NCBI RefSeq assembly: GCF_937891315.1
Contig: NZ_CALAGI010000156.1
Coordinates: forward strand, 5,509 to 69,508
Direction: 5' to 3'
Length of the DNA stretch: 64,000 bases
From: an uncultured Amaricoccus sp.
GTDB lineage: Bacteria > Pseudomonadota > Alphaproteobacteria > Rhodobacterales > Rhodobacteraceae
Positions 31,161 to 39,812 of this stretch are shown piece by piece. The first letter of the stretch is position 1. The number at the start of each line of letters is the position of its first letter. Made by a program: the position numbers and the translations under genes. The notes under the pieces were generated by a model. That model was not told where the DNA came from and did no database searches. It saw nothing but the letters and a program-made list of their open reading frames with translations.

Positions 31161-32234
31161 TCAGACCAGGGCCCCGGGCGAATCGAGAATCCCCCGCACA
31201 TCGACCGAGGAGCATTCGCCGATTTGCGCACCGTGCCGCGTGAGGAAATGCGCCATCGCGGCATAGCCGGCGTCGCGGAGTTGCAGGATCAGTGCCTTGC
31301 TCGGCGTCATCTTGGTCACGATGCCGAGCTGGTTCATCAAGGCGTCGTCGCTGACCGAATGCACGTTGTTGCGTTTCATCCGGTCCGGCGGCAGCAGCCC
31401 CTCGTCCAGCAGCCGGTTGACGAAGACGATGACGCGCAATTCCTGCAACAACGAGGCATTGAAGCTGATCTCGTTGATCCGGCTCGCGATTTCCTGCGCG
31501 CTGCGCGGCAGTTCCTCGCGATACAACGGATTGATATGCACGATGAGCAGATCGGTCGCACGCGTATGATAATGCAGCGGATACAACGCGGGATTGCCGA
31601 TATAGCCGCCGTCCCAGTAGGCCTCGCGGCGGCCGGTGCGCGGATCGTCGATCTCGATCGCCTGATAGAGCGTCGGCAGGCAGGCCGAGGCCAGGATCGC
31701 GTCGGTGGTAATCTCGCCGCCCATGAAGATCCGCGGCTTGCCGTCACGGACATTGGTCGCCGAGATGAAGAGCTTCGGCCCGACGGCCGAGTGCATCGCG
31801 CGGTCCGCCGTCAGGTTCTCCACCACGGAGCGCAGCGGGTGATAGTTCATCGGATTGAACTGATAGGGCGAGAATACCCGGGTGATCGCCTCGGTCGCGA
31901 GCGTTTGCGGCGCGAATTCCAGCACCCGCGCGGTTACCGAGGGCGAAGGCGAGACCGCGCGCAGCCAGTCCATGATCGCCTCGGAGAACACGTTTTCGAG
32001 CCCGGCGAGGCCCAGCCAGAAATCCGCCAGCGCAGCCCGCGCGCCGGCGCGGCCGTCCTCGGTCCAGCCGCGCTTCAGCGCCGCGGCGTTCATCGCGCCG
32101 GCGGAGGTGGCACTGACGCCCTCGATCTCGATCTCCTCCTCCTCCAGCAGCCGGTCGAGCGCGCCCCAGGTGAAGGCGCCATGCGCGCCGCCGCCCTGAA
32201 GCGCCAGGTTCAGCACCTTCTTCGCGGCGCTCAT
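31161..32234 (-). CDS. Patatin-like phospholipase
   Basis: C-terminal 357 codons of ORF 31161..32726. Oxyanion loop LQGGGAHGAF, nucleophile elbow VSATSAGA, catalytic Asp in YWDGGY. The ATG overlaps the upstream stop (ATGA). Confidence 0.85.
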   Translation of the reverse strand: MSAAKKVLNLALQGGGAHGAFTWGALDRLLEEEEIEIEGVSATSAGAMNAAALKRGWTEDGRAGARAALADFWLGLAGLENVFSEAIMDWLRAVSPSPSVTARVLEFAPQTLATEAITRVFSPYQFNPMNYHPLRSVVENLTADRAMHSAVGPKLFISATNVRDGKPRIFMGGEITTDAILASACLPTLYQAIEIDDPRTGRREAYWDGGYIGNPALYPLHYHTRATDLLIVHINPLYREELPRSAQEIASRINEISFNASLLQELRVIVFVNRLLDEGLLPPDRMKRNNVHSVSDDALMNQLGIVTKMTPSKALILQLRDAGYAAMAHFLTRHGAQIGECSSVDVRGILDSPGALV

Positions 32235-32542
32235 GGCGCGGTCCGGCCGCCATCGACCGCCGGGGTCGGCTGGCGCGTTGGCGGAACGTCGCGCGCCACC
32301 CGTTCCCGGGCCATGCCGTACGGCGTCATCATGTCGGGGATCCGCGCCGCGACGAGCGGGGGCGGGACATGGACGCGGCGAACGCCGTGCTCCGCGGCGA
32401 TACGATCGGCCAGCGCGTGGTCTTCGCCGGTGTCGGAAAGGGAATTGAGCACGACGTCCGCGCCGCGCTTCGCCAGCTCCCGCGCGACCCCGCGCCCGGA
32501 ATTCGAACCGGTGACGACCACGCATTTCTCCGAAATGGACAT
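32231..32542 (-). pseudogene. Collapsed 3-hydroxybutyrate dehydrogenase-type SDR (about 103 of ~260 codons left, still in frame)
   Basis: ORF 32231..32542. An intact SDR N-terminus (VVVTGSNSGRGVARELAKRGADVVLNS...AAEHGV) runs straight into C-terminal-looking residues (GMARERVARDV..QPT..VDGGRTA). The catalytic S/YxxxK core is missing. Confidence 0.6.
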
Positions 32543-32707
32543 CCGATCTCAACCTCTCCGCCTGTGAATGGTCGGGCCGATTTAGATGCGGCGGATGCGA
32601 AAGAACAAGTCGTCGCGGTGAGCGGTCGCGCAAGACGGCGCGGCGAAATCGCCCAGTCGGAGAGCGATCGTCCCGTCTGGGCAGGGTACGCGGAGGGAGG
32701 GTGCGAC

Positions 32708-32738
32708 AAAAAAAAGACGCCCTCACGAGGAGGGCGTC
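32708..32738 (-). terminator. Strong rho-independent terminator (minus strand)
   Basis: The minus-strand RNA would read GACGCCCUC-CUCGU-GAGGGCGUC followed by U8. The plus strand shows A8 at 32708-32715, then the 9-bp-stem hairpin at 32716-32738. Confidence 0.7.
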
Positions 32739-32785
32739 AAGTCGTTGAGGCAGGTTTCATACAGGCAAGAAACCTATCGAGCAGT
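32708..32785 (-). ncRNA. Candidate ~80-nt small RNA (promoter + stem-loop + terminator, no ORF)
   Basis: The minus strand has TTGGCG (32820-32815), a 17-nt spacer and TATAAG (32797-32792). The predicted transcript carries the stem-loop AGGUUUC-UUGCCUGUAU-GAAACCU, a linker GCCUCAACGACUU and the terminator above. Confidence 0.3.
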
Positions 32786-32889
32786 GGAACCCTTATACGA
32801 AATCAAAGGCCTATCGCCAAGACAAAAATCTTGATGCGGCCCCGTCTGGGGGTGGTTTAGAGTGGGTATGGCTAATCGATCGATAGGAT

Positions 32890-34695
32890 GTGATGGATAT
32901 GACACGCATGCTCCGGGCGGCGCGGCGGTTCGGTCTCGCTCTGGCGCTGCTGCCCGCGATCGCCGCCGCCGAACCGAGCCACGGCATAGCTATGTATGGC
33001 GACCCCGCGCTTCCACCGGATTTTGTGTCGCTGCCCTATGCGAACCCGGACGCGCCCAAGGGCGGAACCATCGTCTTCGGCGAGACCGGCGGGTTTGATT
33101 CCCTCAATCCCTATATCCTCAAGGGCCGGGCGGCCTACCCGATCCAGAGTCACGTCTTCGAGACGCTGATGGCCCGGAACTGGAACGAACCCTTCTCGCT
33201 CTATGGCCTGCTTGCCGAATCGATCGAGGTGGCGCCCGACCGCTCCTCGGTCGAATTCACCCTGCGCGACGGCGCGAAATTCTCCGACGGCAGTCCGGTG
33301 ACGGTCGAGGACGTGATCTGGTCAATGGAGACTCTCGCCGAAAAAGGCCTGCCAAGATATTCCAATTCCTGGGATAAGGTCGCGCGCATCACGCCGGTGG
33401 GCACGCGCGGCATCCGCTTCGAATTCAGCGGTGCCGATTCCGAATTGCCGCTCCTCATCGGCCTGCGGCCGATTCTCAAGAAGGCGGACTGGGAGGGGGT
33501 CGATTTCTCCGAGAGCGGCTTGCGCGTGCCGATCGGGTCCGGTCCCTACCGCGTCGGCGCCTTCGAGCCCGGGCGCTTCATCACCTTCGAGCGAAACCCG
33601 GACTATTGGGGCAAGGACCTGCCGATCAACCGGGGGCTGAACAACTTCGACAAGATCCGCTATGACTATTTCGTCGACAAGGGCGTGATGTTCCAGGCCT
33701 TCGTCGCCGGCGAGCTCTCGGTGTTCCGCGAGCTCAATCCGGTGCGCTGGCAGAGCGACTACGGCTTTCCCGCCGTCGCTTCGGGCGCGGTGGTGAAATC
33801 CGAGATCCCGCATGGCCGGCCCTCGGGCATGGAGGGATTCGTCTTCAACACCCGCCGCCCGCTGTTCCAGGACTGGCGCGTGCGGGACGCGCTGCTCCAT
33901 GCCTTCAACTTCGAGTTCATCAATCGGACATTGAACGGGGGCGAGCAGCCGCGGCGGACGAGCTATTTCTCGAATTCGGCGCTCGGCATGGGAACCGGGC
34001 CGGCGGAGGGGCGGGTGCGCGAGCTTCTGCTGCCCTTCGCCGACTCCCTGACCCCCGGCGCGCTGGACGCCTATGCGCCGCCGGTTTCCGATGGTTCGCC
34101 GCGCAACCGCGCGAACATGCGTGTCGCCACGAAGGAGCTGACCGAAGCCGGCTGGGAAGCGCGGGACGGCAAGCTCAGGAACGCCGAGGGGCAGCCCTTC
34201 GCCTTCACCATCCTGCTGACCGGGTCGCAGAACGAGGCGGTGAGCGGCGTCTTCGTCGATGCCCTGCGCCAGCTCGGGATCGAGGCGCGGGTGCAGATCG
34301 TCGATCAGGCGCAATATAACGAGCGCCGTAATTCCTACGACTACGACATGATCGTCAATGCCTGGAACATGTCGCTCAGCCCTGGCAACGAGCAGTATCT
34401 CTACTGGGGTTCGGACGGGGTGACCAAGCCCGGCACCCGCAATTACGCCGGGATCGACAGCCCGGCGGCCGAGGCGATGATCGCCGAATTGCTCGCCACC
34501 CGCGACGAGGCGGATTTCGTCGCGGCGGCGCGGGCGCTCGACCGCGTGCTGACCACCGGGCGCTATGTGATCCCCTTCGCGTTCTCGGACGTCAGCCTGA
34601 TCGCGCACAAGGCGGACCTGAAATTTCCCGAGACACTGCCGGTCTATGGCGACTGGATCGGCTGGCTGCCCGAGGTCTGGTGGCAGGCGCCGTGA
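32890..34695 (+). CDS. ABC transporter family-5 (peptide/opine/nickel, YejA-like) substrate-binding protein, orphan
   Basis: ORF 32890..34695. Signal MTRMLRAARRFGLALALLPAIAAA. About 600 aa with family-5 SBP features (NPYILKG, FERNPDYWG). No permease or ATPase genes follow. Confidence 0.8.
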   Translation: MMDMTRMLRAARRFGLALALLPAIAAAEPSHGIAMYGDPALPPDFVSLPYANPDAPKGGTIVFGETGGFDSLNPYILKGRAAYPIQSHVFETLMARNWNEPFSLYGLLAESIEVAPDRSSVEFTLRDGAKFSDGSPVTVEDVIWSMETLAEKGLPRYSNSWDKVARITPVGTRGIRFEFSGADSELPLLIGLRPILKKADWEGVDFSESGLRVPIGSGPYRVGAFEPGRFITFERNPDYWGKDLPINRGLNNFDKIRYDYFVDKGVMFQAFVAGELSVFRELNPVRWQSDYGFPAVASGAVVKSEIPHGRPSGMEGFVFNTRRPLFQDWRVRDALLHAFNFEFINRTLNGGEQPRRTSYFSNSALGMGTGPAEGRVRELLLPFADSLTPGALDAYAPPVSDGSPRNRANMRVATKELTEAGWEARDGKLRNAEGQPFAFTILLTGSQNEAVSGVFVDALRQLGIEARVQIVDQAQYNERRNSYDYDMIVNAWNMSLSPGNEQYLYWGSDGVTKPGTRNYAGIDSPAAEAMIAELLATRDEADFVAAARALDRVLTTGRYVIPFAFSDVSLIAHKADLKFPETLPVYGDWIGWLPEVWWQAP

Positions 34696-34997
34696 GGCGG
34701 CGAGGGAGGATTTCCCCGCCGGACCTTGGCCCCGTGGTGCCTGAACGCGGGGGCCGTCGCCCTCGCCCTCGCGCTCGGCTTGCGCGCGCCGTCGCCGACC
34801 TCCGCCGCCACTCTCGCACCTGCCCATCACGGCGCGAATGGTCGGCTACACCACCCTTGGCCGTTGGCTGCTCTCGACGCCTGTCGGCGGCTGAAAAGAG
34901 CCGCTTCGACGGGGGCGCGGCGGGTAGTGCTTTTCCAACAGGTCCGGCGCGGTTAACCTTTTCCGACGAGTTTTATCGGCAAAGGGGGAGAAGGTCG

Positions 34998-35272
34998 GTG
35001 CTGCTGCTCATCGTGGAGGACACCGAAGACGTGGCAGAGGCCATCGCCGCCTCGCCGATGTCGCTCACCCGGCGCGAATTCAGCCTGCCCGAGGCGCCGA
35101 GGGCGAATCGGACGCGCATCATGCCGAAGGAGCGGCGGTTCTCGATGAAGGAGGAGGTCGGCCTCGATGCGATCGAGACCTGCGTCGCGCGCCTGCGCCG
35201 CGGGCTCGAGGGCAAGGGGGTGCGATCCGCACGCTGCGCGGCCTCGGCCATCAGCTGGTGCTGACCGACTGA
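34998..35272 (+). pseudogene. Collapsed and frameshifted OmpR-family response regulator
   Basis: GTG at 34998 gives (M)LLLIVEDTEDVAEAIAA (receiver start), fused directly to the winged-helix part LTRREFSLPEA...AIETCVARLRRGLEGKGV. The typical tail IRTLRGLGHQLVLTD-stop sits in the +1 frame, ending at 35272. Confidence 0.65.
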
Positions 35273-35397
35273 GCCAACCGCCGCCTGTCAGGGTGACGAC
35301 AGGCTGATCAATCAAACGCACCACCGGTGGAGCGTGAAGCGGCGACCTTGCCGCGCGGCCCCCGGAGACCGCGACGAACATAGACCCGAGGAGTCCC

Positions 35398-36132
35398 ATG
35401 GAATTTTTCGCCACCCATTTCGCTTTCCTGTCCAGTCCGGAGGGCTGGGCCGCGATGGTGACGCTGATCGCGATGGAGATCGTTCTCGGTATCGACAACC
35501 TGATCTTCATCTCGATCCTGACGAACAAGCTGCCTGCCGAGCATCGCGCGCGGGCGCGCCGGCTCGGCATTTCCGCCGCGCTGATCATGCGGCTGATCCT
35601 GCTCGCGACCATCGCCTATATCGTCGGCATGACCGCGCCGGTATTCACCGCCTTCGGCCATGCCTTCTCCTGGCGCGATCTCATCCTCATCGCCGGTGGC
35701 CTGTTCCTCGTCTGGAAGGCGACGAAGGAAATCCACCACACCGTCGATCCGGTCGATCATGAAGACAGCACGGTGGGGCAGGCGATCAATATCTCGCTCG
35801 GCGGGGCGATCTTCCAGATCCTCCTGCTCGACCTGGTGTTCTCCGTCGATTCGATCATCACGGCCGTCGGCATGACCGACCATCTGGCGATCATGTACAT
35901 CGCCGTCATCGTTGCGATCACGGTCATGATGGTGGCGGCGACCCCGCTCGCCAATTTCATCGAGAAAAACCCGACGATCGTGATGCTGGCGCTCGGCTTT
36001 CTCTTGATGATCGGCATGACGCTGATCGCCGACGGCTTCGGCTTCCATGTGCCCAAAGGCTACATCTACGCCGCGATGGGCTTCTCCGCGCTGGTCGAGG
36101 GACTGAACATGCTGGCTCGGCGGCGGCGTTGA
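35398..36132 (+). CDS. TerC family integral membrane protein
   Basis: ORF 35398..36132. [20 protein letters not shown] and [18 protein letters not shown] (duplicated TerC motif). Confidence 0.85.
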   Translation: MEFFATHFAFLSSPEGWAAMVTLIAMEIVLGIDNLIFISILTNKLPAEHRARARRLGISAALIMRLILLATIAYIVGMTAPVFTAFGHAFSWRDLILIAGGLFLVWKATKEIHHTVDPVDHEDSTVGQAINISLGGAIFQILLLDLVFSVDSIITAVGMTDHLAIMYIAVIVAITVMMVAATPLANFIEKNPTIVMLALGFLLMIGMTLIADGFGFHVPKGYIYAAMGFSALVEGLNMLARRRR

Positions 36133-36374
36133 AATCCGGCGTCGGGGCCGGATCTGGCCCCGACGTGACAGGCTGTCGACAGATTGCGGCGCGATGAACG
36201 CCGCGACATCGACAAGGCGATGGGATCGCAATGCAACTCGACGGCCTGCTTCACGGCGCCCGTCCGCCCGGTCACCTGGCCCTTGCCCGCCCGGGTCGAA
36301 GGGTTGCACCCGCGCGCGCCTTGGCTATCGTGGGGGCCGCGCATTGACTGCGCGCGGCGCGGCCGGAGCCCGGA

Positions 36375-37301
36375 ATGAACGACCCCTACGAGACCCTCGG
36401 CCTGACCAAGGCGGCGACGGACCAGGAGATCCGCGCCGCCTTCAAGAAGCTGACGCGGAAATATCATCCCGATCTGCATCCCGGCGACGCGGCGGCCGAG
36501 GAGAAGTTCAAGGATATCTCGGTCGCCCATGACCTGCTCGGCGATGCCGAGCAGCGGCGACGCTACGACGCGGGCGAGATCGACGCGGCGGGACAGGAGA
36601 AGCCGCGGCAGCGGTACTACCGCGATTTCGCGGAAGGGCCGGCGCATTCTTCCTACGCCGCGCAGGAAGGATTTTCCAATCCCGAGGATCTCGAGGAATT
36701 CCTGTCGCAGGCTTTCGGCGCCTCGGGCGGCTTTCGCGCGCGGCGCGGGGCCGAGATGAAGGCGCGCGGGCAGGATGTGAGCTATACCATGCCGGTCTCG
36801 TTTCTCGACGCCGCGAATGGTGCGACGCGGACCATCACCCTGCCGGAAGGCAAGGTGCTGCGGGTGACGATCCCCGAGGGGGCGGAGGATCAGCGGACGC
36901 TGCGGCTGAAAGGGCAGGGCGGTCCGGGCTATGGAGGCGGGTCGGCGGGCGACGCCTATGTCGAGATTCGCGTCGAGCCGCATGCCTTCTTCAGGCGCAA
37001 GGACGACGATATCCATGTCGAGGTGCCGGTCACGCTGAGAGAAGCGGTGCTCGGCGCCCGGATCGAGGCGCCGAGCCTGACCGGGCCGGTCAGCGTGACG
37101 GTGCCGAAAGGCTCCAACAGCGGGAAGGTGCTGCGCCTGCGCGACAAGGGGGTGCGCAACACCAGGTCCGGGGTCCGGGGCCACCAGTTCATTACCCTCA
37201 AGGTGGTGCTGCCGAACGGCGACGAGCCGGAACTGGCGGCTTTCCTCGAAGGTTGGACCCCGCGCGACAAGGCGAATCCGCGCAAGGAGATGTTGCCATG
37301 A
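36375..37301 (+). CDS. cbpA: DnaJ-class co-chaperone / curved-DNA-binding protein
   Basis: ORF 36375..37301. J-domain DPYETLGLTKAATDQEIRAAFKKLTRKYHPDL, no Zn-finger region, about 308 aa, followed by cbpM. Confidence 0.85.
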   Translation: MNDPYETLGLTKAATDQEIRAAFKKLTRKYHPDLHPGDAAAEEKFKDISVAHDLLGDAEQRRRYDAGEIDAAGQEKPRQRYYRDFAEGPAHSSYAAQEGFSNPEDLEEFLSQAFGASGGFRARRGAEMKARGQDVSYTMPVSFLDAANGATRTITLPEGKVLRVTIPEGAEDQRTLRLKGQGGPGYGGGSAGDAYVEIRVEPHAFFRRKDDDIHVEVPVTLREAVLGARIEAPSLTGPVSVTVPKGSNSGKVLRLRDKGVRNTRSGVRGHQFITLKVVLPNGDEPELAAFLEGWTPRDKANPRKEMLP

Positions 37302-37639
37302 CCCGCGCCGAGGACCTTATCGCCTCGATCACCGTGCTCAACCGGACCGATCTCGAGATCTGGCTGCGCGAGGAGCTGGTGACGGCGACGGCGGACGGCG
37401 AGACGCTGGTCTTTACCGAGATGGAATGCGCGCGGGTGCGTCTGATCTGCTCGCTCCGCTACGAGCTCGAGGTCGAGACCGAGACGCTGCCGGTGGTGAT
37501 GTCGCTGCTCGACCAGCTCTACGAGACCCGGGCGCGCCTCCTGTCGCTGACCGCCGCCGTGACGCGGCTCGACCCGGAAGCGCGCGGCCGCGTCCTCGCG
37601 GGTCTGGCCGAGGCCGGGCGCGAGACGGCGGAATCCTGA
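37298..37639 (+). CDS. cbpM: Chaperone modulatory protein
   Basis: ATG at 37298 (ATGA overlap with cbpA) inside ORF 37253..37639. MerR-like fold sequence ...EMECARVRLICSLRYELEVETETLPVVMSLLDQLY. Confidence 0.8.
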   Translation: MTRAEDLIASITVLNRTDLEIWLREELVTATADGETLVFTEMECARVRLICSLRYELEVETETLPVVMSLLDQLYETRARLLSLTAAVTRLDPEARGRVLAGLAEAGRETAES

Positions 37640-37652
37640 GCCGCGCGCGGGT

Positions 37653-38681
37653 TCAGAGGATGAAGTCATCGGTGTGAAGGCGGGGGACGTCGACCAGGCG
37701 AACCTCGAAATCGGCCGCGCCGTCGCCGTCGGTGTCGGCGGAGAGGATGCCCCGGGCATAGCGCAACTCGCCGGCTTCGTGGCCAAAGGCGGCACGGCCG
37801 ATGAAGTCGAATTCCTGCGTGCCGTGCGTCGTGGCGTCGGCGTCGAAGCGGAGATCGAGCCGGTCGAGGCGGGAGTCGAAATCGCGGATCACGTCGCGCG
37901 CCGCGCCGTCCGGCGAGTCCGATACGGCGCGGAACAGGAAGATGTCGGCACCGGAGCCGCCGACGAGCTGGTCCGTGCCGGAGCCGCCGCGCAGCCGGTC
38001 GGCGCCGGCGCCCCCGAGCAGCCTGTCCGCGCCCGCGCCGCCGGAGAGCGTGTCGGCGCCGCCGAGCCCGAGCAGCCGGTCGTCACCGCCCAGCGCCTCG
38101 ACGCGGTCGGCGAAGGCGGTGGCCTCGATCCGCTCGCCGCTCCCGGTGCCGCGGATGGTCGGGACGCGGGGATCGACCGCCTCGCCGAACCAGACGTTGA
38201 ACACGCGGCCCGCGTAGATGCCGGCGCCGGAGCGGGTCTCGAGGCCGATGCCGATCGCCTGGAACCCGACCGAGGCCCAGGCACCGCTGTTGGTCAGGAT
38301 GGCGTTGTGCGCCGCCGAAGCCTTCCAGACCTCCAGCGCGGCCGCGCCGTTCGCCGCGCCGGCGGCGCTGATCTCGTAGCCGGGCGATGCGTAGCCGGTG
38401 CCGAGTCGCTCCGGCGCCTCCCACATCGCCTCGGGCGAGCCGCCGGACCCGTGGTACCGGGCGTCGCTCCAGTCGTGCAGGTCGGAATGGCCGGGATCGT
38501 CCGGCCAGATGTTCTCGCGGGTGTCGACCACGTGCCGGCCGGCGGTGACGGTCAGCGCGCGGGAAAGCGGCAGCGGGTCGAGCCCCTGCGCGTCGCGATA
38601 GGCGATGATCCGGTGATAGAGGTCCAGCTCGGCGAGGCTCAGCCCGTCCTGCGCGTTCGCCTTGTAGATGTCGGTGCTCAC
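37653..38681 (-). CDS. CAP/SCP/PR-1 domain protein with RTX Ca-binding repeats (probable type I secretion substrate)
   Basis: C-terminal 342 codons of ORF 37653..40574, GTG at 38681. N-terminal CAP-like region (...LEVWKASAAHNAILTNSGAWASVGFQAIGIG...). Six GGxGxD nonapeptides (LGGDDRLLG LGGADTLSG GAGADRLLG GAGADRLRG GSGTDQLVG GSGADIFLF). No N-terminal signal peptide. Confidence 0.8.
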   Translation of the reverse strand: MSTDIYKANAQDGLSLAELDLYHRIIAYRDAQGLDPLPLSRALTVTAGRHVVDTRENIWPDDPGHSDLHDWSDARYHGSGGSPEAMWEAPERLGTGYASPGYEISAAGAANGAAALEVWKASAAHNAILTNSGAWASVGFQAIGIGLETRSGAGIYAGRVFNVWFGEAVDPRVPTIRGTGSGERIEATAFADRVEALGGDDRLLGLGGADTLSGGAGADRLLGGAGADRLRGGSGTDQLVGGSGADIFLFRAVSDSPDGAARDVIRDFDSRLDRLDLRFDADATTHGTQEFDFIGRAAFGHEAGELRYARGILSADTDGDGAADFEVRLVDVPRLHTDDFIL

Positions 38682-38707
38682 CGGAAGCTCCCCCTCCAGG
38701 CCAGCCC

Positions 38708-39694
38708 TCAGAGCATGGAGGGCACGACCTGATCCGGCGGGCGATGTCCGTCGGCGAAGGTCTTGATATTGATGATGACCTTCTCGCCCATCTCGAGCCT
38801 GCCCTCGATCGTCGCCGAGCCCATGTGCGGCAGCAGCAGCACGTTCGGCAGTTCGCGCAACCGCGGATTGACCTCGTGGCCGTGCTCGTACACATCGAGG
38901 CCGGCGCCGGCGAGTTCGCCCGCGCGCAGCATGCGGGTCAGCGCGTTCTCGTCCACCACCTCGCCGCGGGCGGTATTCACGAGGTAGGCGGTCGGTTTCA
39001 TCAGCTTCAGCCGGCGGGCGTTCATCAGATGGAAGGTCGAGGGCGTGTGCGGCACATGGATGCTGAGGATATCGACGCGGGCGAGCATCTGGTCGAGGCT
39101 CTCCCACCAGGTCGCCTTCAGACGCTCCTCGTTCTCGGGCCGGACGCGGCGGCGGGCATGGTAGTGCACTTCGAGGCCGAAGGGCGCGGCGCGGGCGGCG
39201 ACCGCGCGGCCGATGCGGCCGAGGCCGAGAATGCCGAGCCGCTTGCCGGCGATCCGGTGCCCCATCAGCGCGGTCGGGCTCCAGCCCTGCCATTGGCCGG
39301 AGCGCATGGTCTCGGCGCCCTCGGGCACGCGGCGGGGCACGGCGAGGATCAGCGCCATCGCCATGTCGGCGGTATCCTCGGCCAGCACGCCCGGCGTGTT
39401 CGAAACGGTGATCCCGCGGCGAAGCGCCGTCGCGACATCGATATGATCGAAGCCCGCGCCGTAGTTGGCGATCAGCTTCAGCCGCGGGCCGGCCTGGGCG
39501 AGCAGGCGCGCATCGATCCGGTCGGTGATGGTCGGCACCAGCACGTCGGTTTCGGCCATCGCGGCGGCCAGCGCCTCGGCCGACAGCGGCAGGTCGTCCT
39601 GGCTGAGCGTCACATCGAACAGCTCGCGCATCCGCGCCTCGACCGGTTCGGGCAGGCGACGGGTGACGAAGACGGTCAAGCGTGGGGAGGCCAT
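38708..39694 (-). CDS. D-isomer-specific 2-hydroxyacid dehydrogenase (glyoxylate/hydroxypyruvate reductase-like)
   Basis: ORF 38708..39694. NAD fold LGILGLGRIGRAVA, catalytic region NTARGEVVDENAL...LDVYEHE-like...LLLPHMGSAT. Confidence 0.9.
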   Translation of the reverse strand: MASPRLTVFVTRRLPEPVEARMRELFDVTLSQDDLPLSAEALAAAMAETDVLVPTITDRIDARLLAQAGPRLKLIANYGAGFDHIDVATALRRGITVSNTPGVLAEDTADMAMALILAVPRRVPEGAETMRSGQWQGWSPTALMGHRIAGKRLGILGLGRIGRAVAARAAPFGLEVHYHARRRVRPENEERLKATWWESLDQMLARVDILSIHVPHTPSTFHLMNARRLKLMKPTAYLVNTARGEVVDENALTRMLRAGELAGAGLDVYEHGHEVNPRLRELPNVLLLPHMGSATIEGRLEMGEKVIINIKTFADGHRPPDQVVPSML

Positions 39695-39812
39695 GCGCTT
39701 TGCTGTTCCTCTGGGGAGTGATTTTCGCTATGCTAGGCGGATAATTGCACGGGCGGGTCCGGAAAATCCAGACACTTCCCGGCGCCGAGGTTCTGAGCAG
39801 GATAATCGCCTC

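Noticed and set aside
31161-32234. Patatin-like phospholipase as a CBASS (CapV-type) defence effector.
   Set aside because: No CD-NTase/cyclase, E1/E2/JAB or other CBASS genes are adjacent. Its upstream partner is an SDR remnant, which points to lipid or PHB metabolism rather than defence.
35273-35397. Possible yybP-ykoY (Mn2+) riboswitch upstream of the TerC-family gene.
   Set aside because: Only vague resemblance (GGAGACC, ACAUAGA). The conserved GGGGAGUAG and UUGACAUA-type elements are not present. A covariance-model search would be needed to revive this.
37930-38110. Short tandem DNA repeats (27-nt periodicity).
   Set aside because: Fully explained by the RTX GGxGxD nonapeptide repeats encoded on the minus strand.
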